Source of the DNA: Collinsella sp.
GTDB lineage: Bacteria > Actinomycetota > Coriobacteriia > Coriobacteriales > Coriobacteriaceae
Reading direction: 5' to 3'
Length of the DNA: 64,000 nucleotides
Assembly (NCBI GenBank): GCA_048205395.1
Contig: DBEWUK010000050.1
Span: forward strand, 748 to 64,747
This document shows positions 15,760 to 24,702 of the stretch, in pieces. Within the stretch, counting starts at the first letter, position 1. Each line of letters begins with the position of its first letter. The position numbers were made by a program, and so were the translations under genes. The notes beneath the pieces were generated by a model. The model saw nothing but the letters and a program-made list of their open reading frames with translations, ran no database searches and had not been told where the DNA came from.

Positions 15760-15960
15760 CGTAAACTCTCCCTCTAACGCAGCACGATGCCTATTGTAAC
15801 GAGCAGGCGGAGCGCAACAATATCGACCTGCAAAGGTTTCGGGCAACGGTAGCAACTGACGCCCCGGGGGGGCATAACAAATCGTTGCACAACAAAAACG
15901 AGGCCCGATGCCGCCGCACCGGACCCCGTCCTTAACTCTTATAGAAAACGATCTGAAAGA

Positions 15961-17787
15961 TTACTCCTCCGAGCCATCCTCCCCAGAATTCTTCTTCTGC
16001 TGATCGAGCTTATGCTTACCGCTCACGATGGACGTAGCGCCCAGCGTAGCCAAGCTCGCACTGGCAAGGCTCGCCATCACGATCAAGTCGCCCGTCTTTG
16101 GCATATTGCCGCCAGATGACTTGGTCGTTGTAGTCGTCGTGGTTGTAGTGGTCACCGTCTTGGAGTCATTTTGATCCTGATTCTGGTTATCAGCGCCGCT
16201 CTTGTCGTCGTCTTCGGACTGTTTCTTTTCGCCCTCGGTCTTGCTCTCGTCCTTCTTCTCAGATTCAGACTTCTTATCCTCGTCCTTCTTCTGAGCGGAC
16301 TTCTCGTTCTTCTCCTCAGAGCTAGAACCCTTATCGAATTCGGTCACCTCGGAAGCCTTGTCCTTGGAGTCGTCCCTTGCGGCCTCGGTCTTTTCCGTGG
16401 AACCCTGATCAGAGTTGTCCTTGTTCTGGGCCGAGCCGTTATTGACGCCAGCCATCAGCGAAGAACCCAGCGTAGAGCCAAGCTGCTCGGAGAAAGAAGG
16501 CTTCTTGTCCGGCGAAGCAACGGGAGCGTCCGGCGCCTTATTCGAGTCGTCCTTGGAAGCATCGGAATCAGGGGTCGTGTCAGAGCCGGAGCCGTTGTTA
16601 GAGCCGGTGTCAACGGACGAATCGCTCGAGCCGGTAGATGAGTTAGAGGTGTCAGCGCCGGTCGAACCAGAAGCGTCGCTGTCCGTATTGCCGGCAGAGC
16701 TTGAAGGCGAATCGCCCGCAGCAGAGCCGTTCGAATTGGAGCCGTTCGAGGTAGAGCCGTTCGAGGTAGAGCCGTCGTTGGTAGTGCCACCAGCAGAGCC
16801 ATTACCGTCAGCATCGGTCGAGGGCGCATCCATCCTGTCATCGTTGGCATCGTCACTCGAGTCGTCATTCGAATCAGGTGTCGGCGAGGGCGCCGGTGTG
16901 GGCTCGGGCTGCACGGGCGTCGCGGCGGCAGCCTCGTCCTCAGCGATATAAACCAAGCAGTCCTTTAGCTCGTTGCGGTAGCGGTTCTTCCAGCCCTCAT
17001 GATACTGGGGTTGGCTCGAATACTTGGTCGCCACGTTATTGACCACGCTGTAGGAAAGCGCCGTCACAAACTCACGATCGGACATATCGTTGGAAAGATT
17101 CGCCCAGCGGAAAAAGTCCCTGCAGCCACCAGTGCCGCACATGTTGGTAATGCTCCACACCATGCCCTTGACGCAGTCGGCGCGGCCCGAAATATCAATA
17201 CCCAGGCCGCTCTTGAGCCACGCCTCGGTCACCGCATAGTACGAGTTGTACGCATAAGCATCTTGAAGTGCTGAGAACTCAACAGGATCGGTGTTGTACG
17301 CACCTTGGAAGGCCTCCTGCGCAATACGGCCCAACTCGGTGAGCTGACCGTTCTCGTACATGGCATTGCTCGCGTTGGAAATCTCGCTGCCGCGATCAAT
17401 CGCATCCTTGAGCATGCTGTATTTTTCGGGGCTGTAGTTGTAGACCTGCTTCATAAACGGAATGAGCGACCAGCGGCGGTCGAACTGGTAATAGCCCAAC
17501 GCGTTATAGCCGTCACCGTACGAAAAGCCCTGGTTGTAGTTACCATGGCTCTCGTACTTGGTAAAGTACTTCATCTCGGGAGTCACGTTGACAAACGAAA
17601 CGCCCTGGACCGACCTCAGCACGCCCGAGAAGGACTGCTGGGTGTAAAGGCCCTTATCGATATCGGTGGCATCCGAGGCAACGCCCGGCGTGGGCTCCTC
17701 GGCGGCGGCGGGTGCCGGCGCGGAAACGGCACCAAACGAAAGCGCCAGCGTCAGGCCCGCAACAATCGCGGAATGCTTGGGCTGCAT
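15961..17787 (-). CDS. sortase-anchored surface protein with lysozyme/transglycosylase-like N-terminal domain and S/T/D/N-rich stalk
   Basis: 608 aa.
- Signal peptide: MQPKHSAIVAGLTLALSFGAVSAPAPAAA.
- An N-terminal ~270-aa globular domain contains ESHGNYN...GYNALGYYQF, an ES...G(L/Y)xQ pattern as in SLT/lysozyme-like folds. This is a weak call.
- About 280 aa of low-complexity sequence includes a T10 run.
- C-terminal sorting signal: MPKTG, a hydrophobic stretch, then a KHK tail. Confidence 0.75.
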   Translation of the reverse strand: MQPKHSAIVAGLTLALSFGAVSAPAPAAAEEPTPGVASDATDIDKGLYTQQSFSGVLRSVQGVSFVNVTPEMKYFTKYESHGNYNQGFSYGDGYNALGYYQFDRRWSLIPFMKQVYNYSPEKYSMLKDAIDRGSEISNASNAMYENGQLTELGRIAQEAFQGAYNTDPVEFSALQDAYAYNSYYAVTEAWLKSGLGIDISGRADCVKGMVWSITNMCGTGGCRDFFRWANLSNDMSDREFVTALSYSVVNNVATKYSSQPQYHEGWKNRYRNELKDCLVYIAEDEAAAATPVQPEPTPAPSPTPDSNDDSSDDANDDRMDAPSTDADGNGSAGGTTNDGSTSNGSTSNGSNSNGSAAGDSPSSSAGNTDSDASGSTGADTSNSSTGSSDSSVDTGSNNGSGSDTTPDSDASKDDSNKAPDAPVASPDKKPSFSEQLGSTLGSSLMAGVNNGSAQNKDNSDQGSTEKTEAARDDSKDKASEVTEFDKGSSSEEKNEKSAQKKDEDKKSESEKKDESKTEGEKKQSEDDDKSGADNQNQDQNDSKTVTTTTTTTTTTKSSGGNMPKTGDLIVMASLASASLATLGATSIVSGKHKLDQQKKNSGEDGSEE

Positions 17788-17926
17788 AAGATCCTCCCTG
17801 CATTGGTATAGTTAAAGTTCAGTTTGCAAAGATAAAAATAAGTATTGCAGCTCGCCCGTTGTTGCACAACAACCCCTCGGTAAACGGCAACAACCCTCCG
17901 CGAAATCTTAAGGAATTGCGCTCAAC

Positions 17927-18358
17927 CTACAGCTTAATGTCAAAGTTGATCTCGGGAACGGCGGCCAAGTCGGCCAACGTCACGCCGTCGACGTACTTTT
18001 CGATCACGTCGTCCAAACCGCGCCAGAACTTGACGGTGGAACACAGGTCGCTGCGGGCGCAGCTGTTGTCGATGCCATCGCACGCCACCGGAGCCGTGCT
18101 GCCTTCGACGGCACGCAGGATGTCGCCGGCACGCACCTCGGCGGGGTCCTTGGCCATCATGTAGCCACCGCCCTTGCCGCGCACGCTCTTAAGCAGGCCC
18201 GCCTTCATAAGCGGACGAACCAGCTGCTCCAAATACTTTTGTGAGATATGCTCGCGGTCGGCAACCTCGCGCAGGGCAATCTTGCCCTCGGCGTCACCGA
18301 GCGCCGCGATATAGATCATCAGTCGGAGGGCATAGCGGCCCTTGGAAGAAATGAGCAT
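17927..18358 (-). CDS. Rrf2-family transcriptional regulator (IscR-like, three-Cys cluster site)
   Basis: Within ORF 17927..18454. The start is ATG 18358, after GGGAGGG. The protein begins MLISSKGRYALRLMIYIA...ISQKYLEQLVRPLMKAGLL. It has a Cys triad CDGIDNSCARSDLC. It is divergent from the suf operon. Confidence 0.85.
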   Translation of the reverse strand: MLISSKGRYALRLMIYIAALGDAEGKIALREVADREHISQKYLEQLVRPLMKAGLLKSVRGKGGGYMMAKDPAEVRAGDILRAVEGSTAPVACDGIDNSCARSDLCSTVKFWRGLDDVIEKYVDGVTLADLAAVPEINFDIKL

Positions 18359-18378
18359 ACCTACCCTCCCATCGCATC

Positions 18379-18409
18379 TGGGACAATATAACCAGCTTTG
18401 TTTGTCCCA
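18379..18409. promoter_or_regulatory. inverted repeat TGGGACAA-N15-TTGTCCCA in the Rrf2/suf divergent promoter (candidate operator)
   Basis: Read directly: TGGGACAA at 18379..18386 and TTGTCCCA at 18402..18409. A third GTCCCA lies at 18448..18453. Confidence 0.35.
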
Positions 18410-18581
18410 AATCTTATGCACGCGGGGCAAACAAGCCTGATTATTATGTCCCACATCTAAAAAGTCGAGTGGGTTAGTCGGGTTTTCCCTTGACTAACGC
18501 CGAACCCATAGTAACTTTATTCCGAGAAGATTCCTAGGGTTTAGTACACCTATGAGTACACCATATACAGAGAGGGACAGC

Positions 18582-19382
18582 ATGAGCGCAAATCCGCTGC
18601 TTTCCATCGAAGGTCTGACCGCCTCCGTGGACGAGAAGACCATCCTCCACAACGTCAACCTCAACGTCGCCGCCGGCGAGACCCACGTGCTGATGGGCCC
18701 CAACGGCGCCGGCAAGTCCACCCTCGGCCACCTGGTCATGGGCGACCCCGTCTATACCGTCAACGACGGCCGCATCGTCTTTGACGGCCAGGACATCACC
18801 GAGCTCACCACCGACAAGCGTTCACGCGCCGGCCTGTTCCTGAGCTTCCAGGCTCCGGTCGAAATTCCGGGCGTGCCGCTGTCGAGCTTTTTGCGCGCCA
18901 GCATCGCCGGCCGCCCCGGCCTGGAGATGAAGGGCAAGGAGTTCCGCCGCCGCGTGAAGGAGCTCGCGGCCGAGCTCAACATGGATACCGCCTATCTCAA
19001 CCGCGAGCTGGGCGTGGGCTTCTCGGGCGGCGAGAAGAAGAAGGTCGAAATGCTCCAGCTTCTGCTGCTGCAGCCCAAGCTCGCCATCCTCGACGAGACC
19101 GACTCTGGTCTGGACGTCGACGCGCTTTCCACCGTCAGCCACGGCATGGACGCCTACCGCAAGAGCTGCGACGGCTCCATGCTCATCATCACGCACAACA
19201 CGCGCATCCTGGAGCACCTGGATGTCGACCGCGTCCACGTTATGGTCAAGGGCCACATCGTACGCGAGGACGACGCCTCGCTCATTCCCTGGATCGACAA
19301 GAACGGTTTTGAGACCTTCGAGCGCGAGGCCGCCGAGCAGCGCGCCCAGGCCGAAGCCGCCGCTGCCGAGCAGCAGGCGTAA
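18582..19382 (+). CDS. sufC: Fe-S cluster assembly ATPase SufC
   Basis: Motifs: LSIEGLTASVDEKTILHNVNLNVAAGETHVLMGPNGAGKSTL...LSGGEKKK...LAILDETDSGLD. The ORF track starts at 18552, but ATG 18582 has GAGAGGGA upstream. Confidence 0.9.
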   Translation: MSANPLLSIEGLTASVDEKTILHNVNLNVAAGETHVLMGPNGAGKSTLGHLVMGDPVYTVNDGRIVFDGQDITELTTDKRSRAGLFLSFQAPVEIPGVPLSSFLRASIAGRPGLEMKGKEFRRRVKELAAELNMDTAYLNRELGVGFSGGEKKKVEMLQLLLLQPKLAILDETDSGLDVDALSTVSHGMDAYRKSCDGSMLIITHNTRILEHLDVDRVHVMVKGHIVREDDASLIPWIDKNGFETFEREAAEQRAQAEAAAAEQQA

Positions 19383-19394
19383 AGGGGCGACGCA

Positions 19395-20807
19395 ATGACC
19401 AAGAACCGCACCGAGGTCGCGGACATCGACCGCAGCCTCTACGACTTCACCTATGGCGAGGAGGGATTCGAGCGCCTCGACGCCGGCATCACGCCCGACA
19501 TCGTGCGCGAGATCAGCGCCAAGAAGGACGAGCCGCAGTGGATGCTCGACCTGCGCCTCAAGTCCCTCGAGATTTTCAACCGCTTCCCGGATCCGACGTG
19601 GGGCCCCTCCATCGAGGGCTTGGACATGGACAACATCGTCACCTACGTCAAGCCCAACACCGACCAAAAACACGACTGGGAGTCGGTGCCCGACGACATC
19701 AAGAACACATTTGAGCGCCTGGGCATCCCCGAGGCCGAGCGCAGCTACCTAGCGGGTGTCGGCGCGCAGTACGACTCCGAGCTGGTCTACCACAACATGC
19801 AGGACACGGCGTCCAAGATGGGCATCGTCTACTCCGGCATCGAGGAGGCCCTGCACGACCCGCAGTGGGAGCCGCTCATCCAAGAGAAGTTCATGACGCT
19901 CATCCCGCCCACCGACCACAAGTTTGCGGCGCTGCACGGTGCCGTGTGGTCGGGCGGCTCGTTTGTCTACGTGCCCAAGGGCGCCAAGCTCGACTTCCCG
20001 CTGCAGAGCTACTTCCGCCTCAACGCCAAGGGCGCTGGCCAGTTTGAGCACACGCTCATCATCGTCGAGGACGATGCCGACCTGCACTTCATTGAGGGTT
20101 GCTCCGCGCCTAAGTACAACGTGGCAAACCTCCACGCCGGTGCTGTGGAGCTCTTTGTGGGCAAACGCGCACACCTGCGCTACTCGACCATCGAGAACTG
20201 GTCCAAGAACATGTACAACCTCAACACCAAGCGTGCGCGCGTGGACGAGGACGGCGACATCGAGTGGATCAGCGGCTCCTTCGGCAGCCACGTGGGCTAC
20301 CTCTACCCCATGAGCGTGCTCAACGGCCGCCGCGCCCGCTCGAGCTTTACCGGCATCACCTTTGCCGGCGCCGGGCAGAACCTCGACACCGGCTGCAAGG
20401 TCGTGCTCAACGCGCCCGAGACCTCGGCGACCGTCGAGACCAAGGGCATCTCCAAGAGCGGCGGCATCCAGACGTTCCGCAGCTCTATTGTGGCGACGCC
20501 CAAGGCCGAGGGCTCCAAGGCAACCGTGAGCTGCCAGTCGCTGATGCTCGACGACCAGAGCCGCTCCGACACTATTCCGGCCATGGACATCCGCGCCAAG
20601 AACGTCGACATCGGCCACGAGGCCACCATCGGCCGCATCGGCGACGACAAAGTGTTCTACCTCATGAGCCGCGGTATCTCGGAGGAAGAGGCCCGCACCA
20701 TGATCGTCAACGGCTTTGCGAACCCGGTCTCCAAGGAGCTGCCGCTGGAGTACGCCGTCGAGATGAACAACCTGATCAAGCTCGAGATGGAAGGAGCGAT
20801 CGGATAA
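19395..20807 (+). CDS. sufB: Fe-S cluster assembly protein SufB
   Basis: 470 aa. Typical SufB blocks are present: FEHTLIIVEDDADLHFIEGCSAP, NWSKNMYNLNTKRA, and a MSRGISEEEARTMIVNGF tail. Confidence 0.9.
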   Translation: MTKNRTEVADIDRSLYDFTYGEEGFERLDAGITPDIVREISAKKDEPQWMLDLRLKSLEIFNRFPDPTWGPSIEGLDMDNIVTYVKPNTDQKHDWESVPDDIKNTFERLGIPEAERSYLAGVGAQYDSELVYHNMQDTASKMGIVYSGIEEALHDPQWEPLIQEKFMTLIPPTDHKFAALHGAVWSGGSFVYVPKGAKLDFPLQSYFRLNAKGAGQFEHTLIIVEDDADLHFIEGCSAPKYNVANLHAGAVELFVGKRAHLRYSTIENWSKNMYNLNTKRARVDEDGDIEWISGSFGSHVGYLYPMSVLNGRRARSSFTGITFAGAGQNLDTGCKVVLNAPETSATVETKGISKSGGIQTFRSSIVATPKAEGSKATVSCQSLMLDDQSRSDTIPAMDIRAKNVDIGHEATIGRIGDDKVFYLMSRGISEEEARTMIVNGFANPVSKELPLEYAVEMNNLIKLEMEGAIG

Positions 20808-22078
20808 TGAAACAGACCACCAACACCGCTGCTACCACGCTCGAGCAGGTTAATGCGATGCCGGCCGCCACTTGGGGTTGGCTCAAGATGAACCAGACCA
20901 AGCTTGAGCTTTCGGACGAACTTGCCGCCGCTCCCGCCGAAACCATTGAGGTCGAGGGGCTGGACGAGCAGTTCCGCGGTTCTGCCGACGCCTTTGACGC
21001 CGCCATGGACGCCATGGCCGAGCACTTCCCCGAGCGCCGCGCCTCCGCCCCGGGTGATGCCGCCGACCGCGCCCGCATCACGCCCGAGACCGAGCTCGAC
21101 GTGCCCGCCACCTCCGTCTACCAGGCCGGTGCCATTAAGCTAGAGGAGGAGCTCTCCCCCGCCGAGGCCTTCGAGACTGGCATGGGCGAGGCTGCCTACA
21201 CCTACTTGGCCGACCACGCCACCAAGCGCATCGTCATCGATGTGCCCGCATACCAGCACGCCACGGTTACCGTGCGCGTGAGTGGCGTCGACGCAGCGGC
21301 TGCGATTGCCGCCATTGACGTCGTCGTCCGTCCCCAGTCGACGCTCGATCTGCATATTGCCCTAGACTCCCCCGTTGCCGGCCAAGGCGTCGTGGGCTCC
21401 GTGCTACGCGTGTGCGCCCACGAGTACGCCACCGTCAACGTGACCTGCACGCAGACGCTCGACGATAGCTGGATCGCGCTCGACGACACCGGCCTGTTCC
21501 TGGACGAGGGCGCCCGTGTCAACGTACAGCACACCGTCCTGGGTGCCGGCGCCAGCGCCACCGGCCTTGCCGGCGACCTGCTGGGCGATACCGCCAAGGT
21601 CACCATCGATACTGACTACCTGGGCGCCCGCGAGCAGGTGCGCGACTTTAACTACGAGCTGCGCCACCGCGGTCGCAAGACCGAGTGCGAGATCGACGCC
21701 AACGGCGTACTGACCGGCACGTCCAAGAAGGTCTACCGCGGCACCATCGACCTCGTGCACGGCTGCAAGGGTGCAACCGGCACCGAGCGCGAGACGGTGC
21801 TTTTGGCCAACAAGGGCGTCGACAACAAGACCGTTCCCGTCATACTGTGCGACGAGGACGACGTCGCCGGCAACCACGGCGCCACCATCGGTCACGTCCG
21901 CGACGAGCAGCTGTTCTACCTCGCCTGCCGCGGCCTTGACCAAAACGCCGCCGAGGACCTGTTCATCCGCGCCAAGCTGGAGGACGCCGCGCTTTCCGCC
22001 ACCGACGAGCGCACCCGCGCAGCCGTCGTCCGCTTGGGCAACAACCTGATCGACAACTTTGAAGAGGAGCTCGCATGA
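20807..22078 (+). CDS. sufD: Fe-S cluster assembly protein SufD
   Basis: The start ATG overlaps the sufB stop (TAATG). MKQTTNT... ends with the SufBD-type C-terminus GNHGATIGHVRDEQLFYLACRGLDQNAAEDLFIRAKL. The upstream part of ORF 20264.. is an out-of-frame overlap with sufB. Confidence 0.85.
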   Translation: MKQTTNTAATTLEQVNAMPAATWGWLKMNQTKLELSDELAAAPAETIEVEGLDEQFRGSADAFDAAMDAMAEHFPERRASAPGDAADRARITPETELDVPATSVYQAGAIKLEEELSPAEAFETGMGEAAYTYLADHATKRIVIDVPAYQHATVTVRVSGVDAAAAIAAIDVVVRPQSTLDLHIALDSPVAGQGVVGSVLRVCAHEYATVNVTCTQTLDDSWIALDDTGLFLDEGARVNVQHTVLGAGASATGLAGDLLGDTAKVTIDTDYLGAREQVRDFNYELRHRGRKTECEIDANGVLTGTSKKVYRGTIDLVHGCKGATGTERETVLLANKGVDNKTVPVILCDEDDVAGNHGATIGHVRDEQLFYLACRGLDQNAAEDLFIRAKLEDAALSATDERTRAAVVRLGNNLIDNFEEELA

Positions 22079-23400
22079 TCGACACCGAGCACGTTAAATG
22101 CGACACCTGTACTGCCCCCGAGCCCATGGAGCTCGACGCCAGCGACGAGGCTTCGCGCGGCTGGCCCACTGTGGACATCGAGACCAACCCCTACAAGGCG
22201 CAGTTCCCGCTGTTTCAGCAGCACCCCGAGATCGCCTTCCTCGATAGTGCCGCCACCGCGCAGCGCCCTGCCTGCGTGCTCGACGCCGAGCGCGACTTCT
22301 ACCAGCGTATGAACGCCAACCCCCTGCGCGGCCTGTACTCGCTGTCCGTCGAGGCCACCGAGGCCATCGCGAAGGTCCGCCAGCAGATCGCCGACCTCAT
22401 CGGCGCCTCACAGGCCAACGAGGTCGTCTTCACCCGCAACACGAGCGAGTCGCTCAACCTGGTCGCCAAGAGCTTTGCGCCAACGGTGCTCGAGCCCGGT
22501 GACGAGGTCGTCATTACCATCATGGAGCACCACTCCAACCTGATTCCGTGGCAGCAGGTCTGCCGCGAGACCGGCGCCAAGCTCGTCTACCTCTACCCCA
22601 CCAAAACCGGCCAGCTCACCACCGAGGAAGTTCTTGCCAAGGTTGGTCCCAAGACCAAGATCCTGGCCGTGGGCCAGGTCTCCAACGTGCTGGGCGTCGA
22701 GAACCCGGTCAAGAACCTCGGCAAACTCGTGCACAAGTACGGCGGCTACCTGGTCGTCGACGGTGCGCAGTCGCTGCCGCACATGCCGGTCAACGTGGCC
22801 GACCTGGGCGCCGACTTCTTTGCCTTTAGCGCGCACAAGGCCATGGGCCCCATGGGCATCGGCGTGCTGTGGGGCAAGATGGACCTGCTCAACGCCATGC
22901 CGCCCATGCTCACCGGCGGCGAGATGATCGATTCGGTCACCGAGCAGGACGCCGTCTGGGCGCCCGTCCCCGAGAAGTTCGAGGCCGGCACGCAGGACGC
23001 CGCCGGCATCTTCGCCACGGGTGCGGCACTCGACTACCTCGTCAACACGGTTGGCTACGAAAACATCCAGGCACGCGAGCAGGCACTCGTCCACTACCTG
23101 ATGGGCGAACTCATGCAGCTCGACTTTGTCCAGATCATCGGCTCCATCTACTGGGACAACCATCACGGCGTCGTCAGCTTTAACGTCAAGGGTATCCACC
23201 CGCACGACGTCGCGAGCATCATGGACATGGACGGCGTGTGCATCCGTGCCGGTCACCACTGCGCGCAGCCGCTGCTTACCTGGCTGGGCGTCGAGAACCT
23301 CGCCTGCTGCCGCGCCAGCGTGGCCTTCTACAACGACAAGGCCGACATCGATAAGTTCATCGCCGGCCTGCATCACGTTTGGAGCACGTTCAATGGGTAA
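22075..23400 (+). CDS. sufS: cysteine desulfurase SufS (class V aminotransferase)
   Basis: 441 aa. Motifs: FLDSAATAQRP, FSAHKAMGPMGIGVLWG (PLP lysine), CIRAGHHCAQPL (active-site Cys). An ATGA overlap with sufD supports the start. Confidence 0.9.
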   Translation: MIDTEHVKCDTCTAPEPMELDASDEASRGWPTVDIETNPYKAQFPLFQQHPEIAFLDSAATAQRPACVLDAERDFYQRMNANPLRGLYSLSVEATEAIAKVRQQIADLIGASQANEVVFTRNTSESLNLVAKSFAPTVLEPGDEVVITIMEHHSNLIPWQQVCRETGAKLVYLYPTKTGQLTTEEVLAKVGPKTKILAVGQVSNVLGVENPVKNLGKLVHKYGGYLVVDGAQSLPHMPVNVADLGADFFAFSAHKAMGPMGIGVLWGKMDLLNAMPPMLTGGEMIDSVTEQDAVWAPVPEKFEAGTQDAAGIFATGAALDYLVNTVGYENIQAREQALVHYLMGELMQLDFVQIIGSIYWDNHHGVVSFNVKGIHPHDVASIMDMDGVCIRAGHHCAQPLLTWLGVENLACCRASVAFYNDKADIDKFIAGLHHVWSTFNG

Positions 23401-23827
23401 TCTGTACACCTCCACCACGTTTATGGAGCACAACTCGCACCCCGACTACAAGTACGAGATGGATGCCCCCACGCACGAGCACGACGGCATCAACCCCAGC
23501 TGCGGCGACGAGCTCACCTTGCAGCTGCGCGTCGAGAACGGCGTGATCGAGGAGGCCTCCTTTACCGGCCACGGCTGCGCCATCAGTCAGGCCAGCGCCG
23601 ACATCATGGCCGACCTCATCACCGGCGAGACCGTCGAGGAAGCTCGCCGCCTAGCAGAGCTCTTCCTCGCCATGATCCGCGGCGAGAAGCTCTCCGAGGA
23701 GGACCTGGAAGACCTGGACGAAGCCGCCCAGCTCCAGGACATCTCGCACATGCCCGCCCGCGTCAAATGCGCCGAGCTCGCCTGGCGCACCCTCGACGGC
23801 ATGCTCGAGGGGCGAAATAATCAGTAG
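23393..23827 (+). CDS. sufU: SufU/IscU-type Fe-S scaffold / sulfur acceptor
   Basis: 144 aa. Motifs: NPSCGDELTLQLRV, FTGHGCAISQASADIM, HMPARVKCAELAW. It overlaps the sufS stop by 8 nt. Confidence 0.85.
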   Translation: MGNLYTSTTFMEHNSHPDYKYEMDAPTHEHDGINPSCGDELTLQLRVENGVIEEASFTGHGCAISQASADIMADLITGETVEEARRLAELFLAMIRGEKLSEEDLEDLDEAAQLQDISHMPARVKCAELAWRTLDGMLEGRNNQ

Positions 23828-23856
23828 TACTTGTCCCAAATCTTAAGATTTTTGTT

Positions 23857-23892
23857 GGCCGAATCGCTTGACAAGAGTGGTTCGGCCATTTT
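23857..23892 (+). terminator. possible intrinsic terminator after sufU
   Basis: GGCCGAA-17 nt-TTCGGCC followed by ATTTT. The loop is large, so this is a weak call. Confidence 0.35.
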
Positions 23893-24702
23893 CTATTCCG
23901 AGAGCTCAGTCTGTGCCTTCACCCGCGCATAAGCGCGCACGATACGAGAGACGGTACTTTTGCCAATCCCGGTATACCGCTCAATCTGGCGCACCGTAAA
24001 ACCGGCATCGTGCAATCCAAAAATAACGGTATCGCGCTGCGCAGGCGGTGCGTCTTTAACCCCATGGAGCGGAGCCCCGAGGCTCTTCGCCAACTTGTCG
24101 GCAAAGGCGTGGCGTTCCCACTCTGTCTCTTTCATATCGCGCAGCGCCGGTTCGCCGCCGTCGGGCGTCGAAAGCGAATAGGCAATAAAGCCCTCGGCAG
24201 AACCAAAAAGCTCAAGCACGCAAGAAGGATCAGAAAATCCCCTCGCGACATCGGCCGCGTCACCGTCGTAAGCGCACAAATGCTCCGGAAAGCTGCTCCA
24301 GGGATAACGCTCAATGAGACTGATGCCCGCCTCCTGCGGATCGGCGTGAACGGAGCGAATAGCCTCCATCACCTGCCAGTCGGTATCGAGCGAGCGCCGC
24401 TCAAAACGGTTCTGGAACAGATGCCCTGTGCGCCCCGTGCGTTTATTGAACCGCCGCGCGTACGTCAAAAGCAGCCGGTGCATCGCCGCGCTCATCGCGT
24501 CCTCGTAATCTGCAAGCACCAGACGCACGTGATTGCCCATAAGGCACCAGGCGATAACCGTCACGCCCGCCTTGCGGCAGCACTCACGCATCAGCTCCAA
24601 GAACTCCCACCGGTCTTCATCGCCCTCAAAGATGAGCTGCTTGCCCGTACCGCGGGCACAGACACGGTAAAAGCCGGTAACCGTTCTCCAAACGCGCTGC
24701 AT
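23893..24702 (-). CDS. IS200-like Y1 (HUH) transposase-family protein with C-terminal HTH; catalytic motifs degenerate
   Basis: Within ORF 23893..24915. The start is ATG 24702, after GAAGGGAG. It aligns by eye to the COG1943/RayT-like family: YRVCARG, CLMGNHVRLVL (HUH becomes HVR), GHLFQNRFERR, AIRSVHADPQEAGI (family RYIHxNP becomes RSVHADP), WSSF. The C-terminal HTH reads FTVRQIERYTGIGKSTVSRIV. Confidence 0.65.
   Translation of the reverse strand: MQRVWRTVTGFYRVCARGTGKQLIFEGDEDRWEFLELMRECCRKAGVTVIAWCLMGNHVRLVLADYEDAMSAAMHRLLLTYARRFNKRTGRTGHLFQNRFERRSLDTDWQVMEAIRSVHADPQEAGISLIERYPWSSFPEHLCAYDGDAADVARGFSDPSCVLELFGSAEGFIAYSLSTPDGGEPALRDMKETEWERHAFADKLAKSLGAPLHGVKDAPPAQRDTVIFGLHDAGFTVRQIERYTGIGKSTVSRIVRAYARVKAQTELSE

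Noticed and set aside
16090-16160. The T10 run and surrounding low-complexity DNA in the surface-protein gene as a possible simple-sequence contingency locus
   Set aside because: The threonines are encoded by mixed ACN codons (ACC/ACA/ACG/ACT), so there is no homopolymeric or perfect trinucleotide tract at the DNA level. Only the 15-nt repeats at about 16721..16790 are repetitive.
20264-20806. Upstream 181 codons of the 604-aa ORF containing SufD
   Set aside because: This part overlaps sufB out of frame and is Arg/Pro-rich. SufD starts at the TAATG overlap (20807), as expected for a coupled suf operon.
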